The notes beneath the pieces are model-generated. The model did no database searches. It had not been told where the DNA came from and saw nothing but the letters and a program-made list of their open reading frames with translations. From Eledone cirrhosa (lineage: Eukaryota), in NCBI GenBank assembly GCA_964016885.1, contig OZ024766.1, positions 12,958,001 to 13,022,000 on the forward strand: DNA of 64,000 nt, given 5' to 3'. Shown one piece after another: positions 1-13,245 of this stretch. A program made the position numbers and the translations under genes. The stretch's first letter is position 1. Every line of letters begins with the position of its first letter.

Positions 1-184
1 ATCCCATCAAGGTAAGCTTTGCCTTTCATCCTTACTGGGTTGATAAAATAAAGTACCAGTAACACACTGGGGTCAATCAACACCCCTTCCCCAAATGTGT
101 TGGCCTTGCATCTAAATCAGAAACCATTAAAATAATCTCTAAATTTCTAGTCAACAATCAATATTATTAGTTAGAAATATTAGT

Positions 185-1385
185 TAATAATTGTTTCTAC
201 GTTAGGCACAAGGCCAGCAATTACCCCAGTGAATTACTGCTACTTTATTTTATCGACCCCGTAAGGATGAAAGGCAAAGTTAACCTCGGTGGGATTTGAA
301 CTCAGAATGGCAAGGGCCGTAACTCTATGCATCAAAGCATGGCGTCCGACCCTCCACTGATACTGCCAATCCACTGCCATTAATATTATTATTGACTAAT
401 AATATTAACTAATAATATTAACTAATTATATTAACTAATAATATTAACTAATTATATTGACTAATAATATTAACTAATAATATTAACTAAATAATATTAA
501 CTAATAATATTAACTAATAATATTAACTAATAATATTAACTAATTATATTAACTAATAATATTAACTAATTATATTAACTAATAATATTAACTAATAATA
601 TTTACTAATTATATAACTCTATGCATCAAAGCATGGCGTCCGACGCTCCACCGATACTGACAATCCACCGAATAATATTAACTAATTCAAATCCCGCCGA
701 GGTTAACTTTGCCCTTCATCCTTACGGGGTTGATAAAATAAAGTACCAGTAATACACTGGGGTAATTGCTGGCCTTGTGCCTAATGTAAAAATTATTTAA
801 ATTATTAGTGAATATTATTAGTTGATAATATTAGTTAATATTATTAGTTAATATAATTAGTGAATGTTATTAGTTAATATTATTAGGTGATAATATTAGT
901 TAATATTATTAGTTAATATAATTAGTCAATATAATTAGTTAATGAGGTTAACTTTGCCTTTCATCCTTACGGGGTCGATAAAATAAAGTACCAGTAATGT
1001 ACTGGGTAATTGCTGGCCTTGTGCCTAACGTAGAAACAATTATTAGTTCATATAATTAGTTACTATTATTAGTAAATATATTTAGTCAATATAATTAGTA
1101 AATATAATTAGTCAATATAATTAGTCAATATAATTAGTCAATATAATTAGTCAATATAATTAGTAAATATTATTAGTCAATACTATTAGTAAATATAATT
1201 AGTCAATATAATAAGTCAATATAATTAGTCAATATAATTAGTCAATATAATTAGTCAATATAATTAGTCAATATAATTAGTCAATATTATTACTCAATAT
1301 AATTAGCCAATATAATTAGTCAATATAATTAGTCAATATTATTACTCAATATTATTAGTAAATATAATTAGTCAATATAATTAGA
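185..1385. repeat. Nested inverted tRNA-SINE fragments with 13-bp AT minisatellites in both orientations (present in each unit)
   Basis: SINE segment gaggttaactttgcctttcatccttacggggtcgataaaataaagtaccag occurs on - (~185-300) and + (~685-785, ~945-1045). (AACTAATAATATT)n lies at ~385-615 and a complement-like (TAGTCAATATAAT)n at ~800-1385. Confidence 0.85.
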
Positions 1386-1795
1386 AACAATTATATTTTA
1401 TCAACCCCAGAATGTTGGTTGTGTGGGTTTTTTATTTCTGTATGAAGTTCAGACAGTCAGCCATACAGACACATGATATGAGTGTGCAACATCGTAGCTA
1501 TGTTTCTGTCAGTTGAAAGCAAGTCTTTGTATTAACTTTTAGAGAAAGTCACACCCAGTTAAATTACATGACCTTAGGTAAGTGTATGGGAGAGACAGGA
1601 GGAGAGATAGAGAGAGAGGGGGCGAGAGAGACAGAGAGAGAGAGAAAGAGAGGGATATCGAGATAGGGAGATAGAGGGAGAGAAAGAGATGTGAGAGAGA
1701 CAGAGAGAGAGGGAGAGAGAGAAAGTGGGAAGAATGGAGACTAAAAGTGGAAGAGGCAGAGAGATAGAAAGTAAAATGTAGTAGTAATTCTAATG

Positions 1796-1826
<31 letters not shown>

Positions 1827-1967
1827 CAGAGGTTATATTTAATTTGTTGGGATTCAATAAGCTTAAAAATGTTTATAACTGATATAAAGCACTCAACAGT
1901 TTGCCTTGGTTGCCTTGAAATATGTATAATAAAATAAATATGGTTTTATAAATATAGTTTCCATTTA

Positions 1968-2006
<39 letters not shown>

Positions 2007-2008
<2 letters not shown>

Positions 2009-2082
2009 AGGAAAAGAGTCAGGACCCCAACTGCTGATCTCTGGCCAGAGCTCAGCTGTTGGGTTCCTGGCTCTTTTCCTAT
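2007..2082. mobile_element. Short fold-back fragment of the HHR-bearing family seen at 44951-45140 (present in each unit)
   Basis: Palindrome centred on tgg|cca (2044/2045); the right arm and following sequence resemble 45027-45091. Confidence 0.65.
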
Positions 2083-2129
2083 TACCCACTCTTCTACCCT
2101 AAGTATTGAGTACTCTGAGATATATATAT

Positions 2130-2181
<52 letters not shown>

Positions 2182-2699
2182 CCCAAATTAAAATTAAGGG
2201 TTGTCATGTCTGAGAGACATGCACCATGCGTAGAATAAGCTGAAAGATTAGATCCGAGCATTACATATCAACTAGAAATAGATTGACATATATATATATA
2301 TATATAATAAATACATGAAACAATCACAGGGAATAATTTGTAAAGAATGTAGGCACACATAGCTAGGTAGGTAACTAATTAAAGCTTGACTAGAACTTCA
2401 AATATAGATACCTTTTAAAATGATTAATCTCCTTTGTATATATTTCTTTAAGTAAGAAATATATTTCACCTATTAATCCGTAAATCACAGCAGTTAAATT
2501 CTTGGATGTTCACCAAATGAGAAGAAAAATAACCATCTGCGTTTACACAGCAAATGCAAATCTGCGAATGATTTGAACCACTTGTTGCATTTTTTTTAAA
2601 ATACACTCGTTGAACAACGTCATCCCAGTGGCCTGAATAGGACCATCGACAGCCAGAAATAGCCAGAAATATAAATATAAATATATATATATGTTTATA

Positions 2700-2913
2700 T
2701 AATATAAGATCAAAAGATGGTTAAAGGAGTTCCATGTATTTTATTATGCGCATTTCAAAAACAAACATCATCATGCAATAATATTTGTGTTTTCATCAGA
2801 TAAAACAGGAGAACATGATATGAAGGCTAAAAAAACACTTGTGGATAGTGCAGTTTTAAATGCGCATAATAAAATACATGGAACTCCTTTAACCATCTTT
2901 TGATCTTATATTA
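2700..2913. mobile_element. Fold-back element with ~56-bp inverted arms containing the HHR; probable Penelope-like pseudo-LTR remnant (repeated in 5 units)
   Basis: 2700-2755 is the reverse complement of 2858-2913; the element lies between (TA)n tracts and carries the HHR. Confidence 0.7.
2739..2805 (-). ncRNA. Type I hammerhead ribozyme, copy 1
   Basis: Minus strand reads TTTTAT-CTGATGA-(stem II AAACACAAATATTAT..ATGATGTTTGTTTTT)-GAAA-TGCGCA-TA-ATAAAA. Canonical core, 6-bp stem I, palindromic stem III (ATGCGCAT), AUA cleavage triplet. Confidence 0.85.
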
Positions 2914-3059
2914 CGTATACTCCAGTCCTACAAACTGTAGAGTGCTTCTTATCCGATATCTGCATTGCTTTATTGTACTACAATAAAACTCACCTCCTAC
3001 ATTATATGTATATATATATATATATTCTCTTTTACTCTTTTAACGTCTTCCAGCGATCC

Positions 3060-3335
3060 AGTTGAGGCCATGCTGGGGCATGCCCTTGTTACACATTCTT
3101 TCTCCAACCTGTGTTGGTTGGCCATTTGGCAAAGAGGGGGTTCGTTGTTGCTGCCCTTAGGTTACCTTCGAACCATGCTGTGGGCTCATCCAGGATCCTG
3201 GTAACAGGGTGTCGAGATGTTCCTTGAAAACATCCACGTCCACACCATGCAGATCTCTCAAATTCCTTGGCAGCTTGTTGAAGAAGTGAGGGCCCTTGAA
3301 CCCCAGGTTATTGTAATACCTGCTCCTTATTCTGT
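3060..3335 (-). mobile_element. CR1/L2-like LINE 3' fragment (present in each unit)
   Basis: Translation RYYNNLGFKGPHFFNKLPRNLRDLHGVDVDVFKEHLDTLL resembles the C-terminus of CR1-group ORF2. Confidence 0.65.
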
Positions 3336-3957
3336 ATATATTTATAAGTATATATCTATATATGTGTGTGTGTGGTAGGAAGTATGGTAAGGAACGAGGT
3401 GGACCATAACGCACCAGATCACGCGATACTTTGGTTAGTAGATATATATATATATGTGAGTGTGTGTTAAGCTATTCTATTAAATCTACTCCAGGATATC
3501 ACTGGTACTATATTTTATCAACCCCTGAATTATGAAATCATTTCATTTTACGTCCCCTTTTCCCTGCTTGCAAGAGTGGGACAGGAACTGATTCTGGCTT
3601 GATTTCTACAGCTTGATGCCCTTCCTAAAACCAACCTCATTTACAGTGAGTGCTGGGTGATTTTTTGCCGTGGCACCTCTACGACCACTTTACAGTGGAA
3701 TGATAGGGACTCCAGTCCCTATCATCTCATTTCTACAGCTGAGTAAACTGGAGCAATTTGAAATAAAGTGTCTTGCTCAAGGAAACAACACATTAACCGG
3801 TCGGAGAATTGAACTCACAACCTTTCGATAAAGAATAATACAATTATAGAGATTATAAAAGATTATAAAAGAATAATACGTATTATTCCTTTCGAATACA
3901 ATAAAAGGCCTGCTGTTACAACTTTGGTATTTATTGAGGATATTGTGACTCGTTTAA

Positions 3958-4178
3958 CCCTTTAGCATTTAAACCGGCCATATCCGGCCAGAAATCTCTC
4001 ACTTTTTTCTGTTCAAACCGGCTGTAACTAGCCACTCATACTGACGTTAAGGTATTCTTCTCAAAATAAATAATATCAAAATCTCATAGATTCAATATTA
4101 TGTGAGATAACTATATAAGATAAAGTGTTTACTGTGAAACTACAATAGTAAATATAGAATAATGTAAGTGCTAAAGGG
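3958..4178. mobile_element. 221-bp piggyBac-type MITE (also starting at 9489, 14412, 19424, 24458, 29882)
   Basis: TTAA|CCCTTTAGCA...TGCTAAAGGG|TTAA: terminal inverted repeats with a TTAA target duplication. Confidence 0.85.
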
Positions 4179-4516
4179 TTAAATAACTTAAATTTACAAC
4201 TTCAAGGTAAAACACAGCTCGTAAATGAAATGTATAACCATATTGTTGTCTTTGAAAAAAAGCTACAGTTGTGGGAACATCAACTTTGAAATAAAAATTA
4301 TGTGCATTTTCCATCATTTCAAGGAGGGAAATCACAGGATTCAGAGGTATTTGTGAATATAATTCAAGATTTGAGAAATGAATAGTATAGTCGACACTCG
4401 AGATTAAATTTTAGCTTGTGTAATTTTCCATAATTATTCTTTTATGGCGTTCGTCCGGCCCGTGGAGGCAAAGAAGTTGGCAATCCCTGATCTACACCAA
4501 TGTTTTCCTGTTACAG

Positions 4517-4654
4517 TGTGCAGTAGTGGAAGACTTGGTGCCAACTGTGATCAGGTGTGTCATTGTGAAGATAACAACAGGTGGAATGTGGAATTAGGGA
4601 TCTGTTCAAGGGGTAGATGTGCTCCAGGTTATGAAAGAAACAGTTGTCAGAAAG
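4517..4654 (+). CDS. EGF-like (laminin/MEGF-type) exon, copy 1; carries C->W and G->R changes
   Basis: Acceptor ttttcctgttacAG and donor AG|GTTAGT; 138 nt, phase 1-1; encodes (V)CSSGRLGANCDQVCHCEDNNRWNVELGICSRGRCAPGYERNSCQK. Confidence 0.85.
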
Positions 4655-7171
4655 GTTAGTTATTTTCATATCTCAGCTTTTATCTCTCACCAGTCCAGGT
4701 ACTTTATTTTATCAACCCCAGTACATTACTGGTACTTTATTTTATTAACCCCAGTACATTACTGGTAGTTTACTTTATCAACCCCAGTTCGTTACTGGTA
4801 CTTTACTTTATCAACCCCAGTACGTTACTGGTACTTTACTTTATCAACCCCAGTACGTTACTGGTACTTTACTTTATCAACCCCAGTACGTTACTGGTAC
4901 TTTACTTTATCAACCCTGTTAGGATGAAAGCCAGAGCTATAACTTCAGTAGGATTTGAACCCAGTTACGGCCCTTTACGTTCTGAGTTCAAATCCCATCA
5001 AGGTAAGCTTTGCCCTTCATCCTAACTGGGTTGATAAAATAAAGTACCAGTAACACACTGGGGTCAATCAACACCCCTTCCCCAAATGTGTTGGCCTTGC
5101 ATCTAAATCAGAAACCATTAAAATAATCTCTAAATTTCTAGTCAACAATCAATATTATTAGTTAGTAATATTAGTTAATAATTGTTTCTACGTTAGGCAC
5201 AAGGCCAGCAATTACCCCAGTGTATTACTGCTACTTTATTTTATCGACCCCGTAAGGATGAAAGGCAAAGTTAACCTCGGTGGGATTTGAAATCAGAATG
5301 GCAAGGGCCGTAACTCTATGCATCAAAGCATGGCGTCCCACCCTCCACTGATACTGCCAATCCACTGCCATTAATGTTATTATTGACTAATAATATTAAC
5401 TAATTATATTAATTAATAATATTAACTAATTATATTGACTAATAATATTAACTAATAATATTAACTAATAATATTAACTAATTATATTAACTAATAACAT
5501 TAACTAATAATATTAACTAATTATATTAACTAATAATATTAACTAATTATATTAACTAATAATATTAACTAATAATATTAACTAATTATATTAACTAATA
5601 ATATTAACTAATAATATTAACTAATTATATTAACTAATAATATTAACTAATTATATTAACTAATAATATTAACTAATAATATTTACTAATTATATTGACT
5701 AAGGGCCGTAACTCTATGCATCAAAGCATGGCGTCCGACGCTCCACCGATACTGCCAATCCACCGAATAATATTAACTAATTCAAATCCCGCCGAGGTTA
5801 ACTTTGCCCTTCATCCTTACGGGGTTGATAAAATAAAGTACCAGTAATACACTGGGGTAATTGCTGGCCTTGTGCCTAATGTAAAAATTATTTAAATTAT
5901 TAGTGAATATTATTAGTTGATAATATTAGTTAATATTATTAGTTAATATAATTAGTGAATGTTATTAGTTAATATTATTAGGTGAGAATATTAGTTAATA
6001 TTATTAGTAATATAATTAGTCAATATAATTAGTTAATATTATTAGTCAATATAATTAGTTAATGAGGTTAACTTTGCCTTTCATCCTTACGGGGTCGATA
6101 AAATAAAGTACCAGTAATGTACTGGGTAATTGCTGGCCTTGTGGCTAATGTAGAAATAATTATTAGTTCATATAATTAGTTACTATTATTAGTAAATATA
6201 ATTAGTCAATATAATTAGTCAATATAATTAGTCAATATAATTAGTCAATATAATTAGTCAATATAATTAGTCAATATAATTAGTCAATATTATTAGTCAA
6301 TATTATTAGTAAATATAATTAGTCAATATAATTAGTCAATATAATTAGTCAATATAATTAGTCAATATTATTAGTAAATATAATTAGTCAATATTATTAG
6401 TAAATATAATTAGTCAATATAATTAGTCAATATAATTAGTCAATATAATTAGTCAATATAATTAGTCAATATTATTAGTCAATATTATTAGTAAATATAA
6501 TTAGTCAATATTATTAGTAAATATAATTAGTCAATATAATTAGTCAATATAATTAGTCAATATAATTAGTCAATATAATTAGTCAATATAATAAGTCAAT
6601 ATTATTAGTCAATATTATTAGTAAATATAATTAGTCAATATTATTAGTCAATATTATTAGTAAATATAATTAGTCAATATAATTAGTCAATATAATTAGT
6701 CAATATTATTAGTCAATATTATTAGTAAATATAATTAGTCAATATAATTAGGCAATATTATTAGTCAATATTATTCGTAAATATAATTAGTCAATATAAT
6801 TAGAAACAATTATATTTTATCAACCCCAGAATGTTGGTTGTGTGGGGTTTTTTATTTCTGTATGAAGTTCAGGCAGTCAGCCATACAGACACATGATATG
6901 AGTGTGCAACATTGTAGCTATGTTTCTGTCAGTTGAAAGCAAGTCTTTGTATTAACTTTTGAGAAAGTCACACCCAGTTAAATTACATGACCTTAGGTAA
7001 GTGTATGGGAGAGACAGGAGCAGAGATAGAGAGAGATAGAGAGAGAGAGAGGGGGTGAGAGAAAGAGAGGGATATCGAGAGAGGGAGATAGAGGGAGAGA
7101 AAGAGATGTGAGAGACAGAGATAGAAAGTAAAATGTAGTAGTAATTCTAATGTTGTATTATATATATTTAT

Positions 7172-7216
<45 letters not shown>

Positions 7217-7485
7217 GAGGTTATATTTAATTTGTTGGGATTCAATAAGCTTAAAAATGTTTATAACTGATATAAAGCACTCAACAGTTTGCCTTGGTTG
7301 CCCTTGAAATATGTATAATAAAATAAATATGGTTTTATAAATATAGTTTCCATTTATTAATATATTATTTATATATATATATATATAAATATATAATAAG
7401 GTTCCTATTACCCACTCTACTACCTCAAGTATTGAGTACTTTGGTGCGTTATGGTCCACCTGGTTCCTTACCACATTTCCTTCGT

Positions 7486-7540
<55 letters not shown>

Positions 7541-7663
7541 AGGAAAAGAGTCAGGACCCCAACTGCTGATCTCTGGCCGGAGCTCAGCTGTTGGGTTCCT
7601 GGCTCTTTTCCTATTACCCACTCTTCTACCCTAAGTATTGAGTACTCTGAGATATATATATAT

Positions 7664-7697
<34 letters not shown>

Positions 7698-8268
7698 GTA
7701 TATCTATATATCCAAAATTAAAATTAAGGGTTGTCATGTCTGAGAGACATGCACCATGCGTAGAATAAGCTGAAAGATTAGATCCGAGCATTACATATCA
7801 ACTAGAAATAGATTGACATATATATATATATATATAATAAATACATGAAACAATCACAGGGAATAATTTGTAAAGAATGTAGGCACACATAGCTAGGTAG
7901 GTAACTAATTAAAGCTTGACTAGAACTTCAAATATAGATACCTTTTAAAATGATTAATCTCCTTTGTATATATTTCTTTAAGTAAGAAATATATTTCACC
8001 TATTAATCCGTAAATCACAGCAGTTAAATTCTTGGATGTTCACCAAATGAGAAGAAAAATAACCATCTGCGTTTACACAGCAAATGCAAATCTGCGAATG
8101 ATTTGAACCACTTGTTGCATTTTTTTAAAAATACACTCGTTGAACAACGTCATCCCAGTGGCCTGAATAGGACCATCGACAGCCAGAAATAGCCAGAAAT
8201 ATAAATATAAATATATATATATGTATATATAATATAAGATCAAAAGATGGTTAAAGGAGTTCCATGTA

Positions 8269-8335
8269 TTTTATTATGCGCATTTCAAAAACAAACATCA
8301 TCATGCAATAATATTTGTGTTTTCATCAGATAAAA
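8269..8335 (-). ncRNA. Type I hammerhead ribozyme, copy 2
   Basis: Same sequence as 2739-2805. Confidence 0.85.
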
Positions 8336-10048
8336 CAGGAGAACATGATATGAAGGCTAAAAAAACACTTGTGGATAGTGCAGTTTTAAATACGCATAAT
8401 AAAATACATGGAACTCCTTTAACCATCTTTTGATCTTATATTATGTATACTCCAGTCCTACAAACTGTAGAGTGCTTCTTATCCGATATCTGCATTGCTT
8501 TATTGTACTACAATAAAACTCACCACCTACATTATATGTATATATATATATATATTCTCTTTTACTCTTTTAACGTGTTCCAGCGATCCAGTTGAGGCCA
8601 TGCTGGGGCATGCCCTTGTTACACATTCTTTCTCCAACCTGTGTTGGTTGGCCATTTGGCAAAGAGGGGGTTCGTTGTTGCTGCCCTTAGGTTACCTTCG
8701 AACCATGCTGTGGGCTCATCCAGGATCCTGGTAACAGGGTGTCGAGATGTTCCTTGAAAACATCCACGTCCACACCATGCAGATCTCTCAAATTCCTTGG
8801 CGGCTTGTTGAAGAGGTGAGGGCCCTTGAACCCCAGGTTATTGTAATACCTGCTCCTTATTCTGTATATATTTATAAGTATATATCTATATATGTGTGTG
8901 TGTGTGGTAGGAAGTATGGTAAGGAACGAGGTGGACCATAACGCACCAGATCACGCGATACTTTGGTTAGTAGATATATATATATATGTGAGTGTGTGTT
9001 AAGCTATTCTATTAAATCTACTCCAGGATATCACTGGTACTATATTTTATCAACCCCTGAATTATGAAATCATTTCATTTTACGTCCCCTTTTCCCTGCT
9101 TGCAAGAGTGGGACAGGAACTGATTCTGGCTTGATTTCTACAGCTTGATGCCCTTCCTAAAACCAACCTCATTTACAGTGAGTGCTGGGTGATTTTTTGC
9201 CGTGGCACCGCTACGACCACTTTACAGTGGAATGATAGGGACTCCAGTCCCTATCATCTCATTTCTACAGCTGAGTAAACTGGAGCAATTTGAAATAAAG
9301 TGTTTGCTCAAGGAAACAACACGTTAACCGGTCGGAGAATTGAACTCACAACCTTTCGATAAAGAATAATACAATTATAGAGATTATAAAAGATTATAAA
9401 AGAATAATACGTATTATTCCTTTCGAATACAATAAAAGGCCTGCTGTTACAACTTTGGTATTTATTGAGGATATTGTGACTCGTTTAACCCTTTAGCATT
9501 TAAACCGGCCATATCCGGCCAGAAATCTCTCACTTTTTTCTGTTCAAACCGGCTGTAACTAGCCACTCATACTGACGTTAAGGTATTCTTCTCAAAATAA
9601 ATAATATCAAAATCTCATAGATTCAATATTATGTGAGATAACTATATAAGATAAAGTGTTTACTGTGACATTACAATAGTAAATATAGAGTAATGTAAGT
9701 GCTAAAGGGTTAAATAACTTAAATTTACAACTTCAAGGTAAAACTCAGCTCGTAAATGAAATGTATAACCATATTGTTGCCTTTGAAAAAAAGCTACAGT
9801 TGTGGGAACATCAACTTTGAAATAAAAATTATGTGCATTTTCCATCATTTCAAGGAGGGAAATCACAGGATTCAGAGGTATTTGTGAATATAATTCAAGA
9901 TTTGAGAAATGAATAGTATAGTCAACACTCGAGATAAAAATTTTAGCTTGTGTAATTTTCCATAATTATTCTTTTATGGCGTTCGTCCGGCCCGTGGAGG
10001 CAAAGAAGTTGGCAATCCCTGATCTACACCAATGTTTTCCTGTTACAG

Positions 10049-10186
10049 TGTGCAGTAGTAGAAGACTTGGTGCCAACTGTGATCAGGTGTGTCATTGTGA
10101 AGATAACAACAGGTGTAATGTGGAATTAGGGATCTGTTCAAGGGGTAGATGTGCTCCAGGTTATGAAGGAAACAGTTGTCAGAAAG
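10049..10186 (+). CDS. EGF-like exon, copy 2 (G->R)
   Basis: Same splice sites, 138 nt; CSSRRLGANCDQVCHCEDNNRCNVELGICSRGRCAPGYEGNSCQK. Confidence 0.87.
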
Positions 10187-10229
10187 GTTAGTTATTTTCA
10201 TATCTCAGCTTTTATCTCTCACCAGTCCA

Positions 10230-11076
10230 GGTACTTTATTTTATCAACCCCAGTACATTACTGGTACTTTATTTTATCAATCCCAGTACATTACTGGTAC
10301 TTTATTTTGTCAACCCCAGTACGTTACTGGTACTTTACTTTATCAACCCCAGTACGTTACTGGTACTTTATTTTATCAACCCCAATACATTACTGGTACT
10401 TTACTTTATCAACCCCAGTACATTCCTGGTACTTTACTTTATCAACCCCAGTACGTTACTAGTACTTTATTTTATCAACTCCAGTACATTACTGGTACTT
10501 TATTTTATCAACCCCAGTACGTTACTGGTACTTTACTTTATCAACCCCAGTACGTTACTGATACTTTACTTTATCAAATCCAGTACATTACTGGTACTTT
10601 ACTTTATCAACTCCAGTACATTACTGGTACTTTACTTTATCAACCCAAGAACGTTACAGGTACTTTACCTTATCAACCCCAGTACATTACTGGTACTTTA
10701 CTTTATCAACCCCAGTACATTACTGGTACCTTACTTTATCAACCCCCCGTACATTACTGGTACTTTACTTTATCAACCCCAGTACGTTACTGGTACTTTA
10801 CTTTATCAACCCCAGTACGTTACTGATACTTTACTTTATCAAACCCAGTACATTACTGGTACTTTACTTTATCAACCCCAGTACATTACTGGTACTTTAC
10901 TTTATCAACCCAAGAACGTTACAGGTACTTTACTTTATCAACCCCAGTACATTACTGGTACTTTACTTTATCAACCCCAGTACATTACTGGTACCTTACT
11001 TTATCAACCCAAGAACGTTACAGGTACTTTACTTCATCAACCCCAGTACGTTACTGGTACTTTACTTTATCAACCC
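10230..11076. repeat. 33-bp SINE-derived VNTR downstream of each EGF exon (also ~4698-4917, 15151-15900, 20163-20946, 25198-25746, 30621-30841)
   Basis: Unit CAACCCCAGTAC(A/G)TTACTGGTACTTTACTTTAT is the reverse complement of the SINE segment ataaaataaagtaccagtaatacactgggg; ~6 to ~25 copies per locus. Confidence 0.92.
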
Positions 11077-12221
11077 TGTTAGGATGAAAGCCAGAGCTAT
11101 AACTTTAGTAGGATTTGAACCCAGTTACGGCCCTTTACGTTCTGAGTTCAAATCCCATCAAGGTAAGCTTTGCCTTTCATCCTTACTGGGTTGATAAAAT
11201 AAAGTACCAGTAACACACTGGGGTCAATCAACACCCCTTCCCCAAATGTGTTGGCCTTGCATCTAAATCAGAAACCATTAAAATAATCTCTAAATTTCTA
11301 GTCAACAATCAATATTATTAGTTAGAAATATTAGTTAATAATTGTTTCTACGTTAGGCACAAGGCCAGCAATTACCCCAGTGTATTACTGCTACTTTATT
11401 TTATCGACCCCGTAAGGATGAAAGGCAAAGTTAACCTCGGTGGGATTTGAACTCAGAATGGCAAGGGCCGTAACTCTATGCATCAAAGCATGGCGTCCGA
11501 CCCTCCACTGATACTGCCAATCCACTGCCATTAATATTATTATTGACTAATAATATTAACTAATAATATTAACTAATATATAATTAGACAATATAATTAG
11601 TCAATATTATTAGCCAATACTATTAGTAAATATAATAAGTCAATATAATAAGTCAATATAATTAGTCAATATAATTAGTCAATATAATTAGTCAATATAA
11701 TTAGTCAATATAATTAGTCAATATTATTACTCAATATAATTAGCCAATATAATTAGTCAATATAATTAGTCAATATTATTACTCAATATTATTAGTAAAT
11801 ATAATTAGTCAATATAATTAGAAACAATTATATTTTATCAACCCCAGAATGTTGGTTGTGTGGGTTTTTTATTTCTGTATGAAGTTCAGACAGTCAGCCA
11901 TACAGACACATGATATGAGTGTGCAACATCGTAGCTATGTTTCTGTCAGTTGAAAGCAAGTCTTTGTATTAACTTTTAGAGAAAGTCACACCCAGTTAAA
12001 TTACATGACCTTAGGTAAGTGTATGGGAGAGACAGGAGGAGAGATAGAGAGAGACAGAGAGAGAGAGAAAGAGAGGGATATCGAGAGAGGGAGATAGAGG
12101 GAGAGAAAGAGATGTGTGAGAGACAGAGAGAGAGGGAGAGAGAGAAAGTGGGAAGAATGGAGACTAAAAGTGGAAGAGGCAGAGAGATAGAAAGTAAAAT
12201 GTAGTAGTAATTCTAATGTTG

Positions 12222-12270
<49 letters not shown>

Positions 12271-12409
12271 GAGGTTATATTTAATTTGTTGGGATTCAAT
12301 AAGCTTAAAAATGTTTATAACTGATATAAAGCACTCAACAGTTTGCCTTGGTTGCCTTGAAATATGTATAATAAAATAAATATGGTTTTATAAATATAGT
12401 TTCCATTTA

Positions 12410-12446
<37 letters not shown>

Positions 12447-12569
12447 AGGAAAAGAGTCAGGACCCCAACTGCTGATCTCTGGCCAGAGCTCAGCTGTTGG
12501 GTTCCTGGCTCTTTTCCTATTACCCACTCTTCTACCCTAAGTATTGAGTACTCTGAGATATATATATAT

Positions 12570-12621
<52 letters not shown>

Positions 12622-13178
12622 CCCAAATTAAAATTAAGGGTTGTCATGTCTGAGAGACATGCACCATGCGTAGAATAAGCTGAAAGATTAGATCCGAGCA
12701 TTACATATCAACTAGAAATAGATTGACATATATATATATATATATAATAAATACATGAAACAATCACAGGGAATAATTTGTAAAGAATGTAGGCACACAT
12801 AGCTAGGTAGGTAACTAATTAAAGCTTGACTAGAACTTCAAATATAGATACCTTTTAAAATGATTAATCTCCTTTGTATATATTTCTTTAAGTAAGAAAT
12901 ATATTTCACCTATTAATCCGTAAATCACAGCAGTTAAATTCTTGGATGTTCACCAAATGAGAAGAAAAATAACCATCTGCGTTTACACAGCAAATGCAAA
13001 TCTGCGAATGATTTGAACCACTTGTTGCATTTTTTTAAAAATACACTCGTTGAACAACGTCATCCCAGTGGCCTGAATAGGACCATCGACAGCCAGAAAT
13101 AGCCAGAAATATAAATATAAATATATATATATGTATATATAATATAAGATCAAAAGATGGTTAAAGGAGTTCCATGTA

Positions 13179-13245
13179 TTTTATTATGCGCATTTCAAAA
13201 ACAAACATCATCATGCAATAATATTTGTGTTTTCATCAGATAAAA
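13179..13245 (-). ncRNA. Type I hammerhead ribozyme, copy 3
   Basis: Same sequence as 2739-2805. Confidence 0.85.

Noticed and set aside
1543-1577. Micro-exon ending in a perfect AG|GTAAGT donor in each unit
   Set aside because: 35 nt breaks the frame, longer versions contain stops, and the TAG acceptor is lost in two units (~6960, ~22730).
4444-4659. 71-aa ORF (and its five copies) as a standalone gene
   Set aside because: The N-terminal part is intronic sequence including the polypyrimidine tract, and the stop lies in the splice donor; only the 138-nt exon is domain-like.
10151-11076. QPQYVTGTLLY / STPVRYWYFTL repeat ORFs, or a CRISPR array
   Set aside because: These are translations of a SINE-derived 33-bp VNTR with frequent frameshifts; there are no unique spacers and no cas genes.
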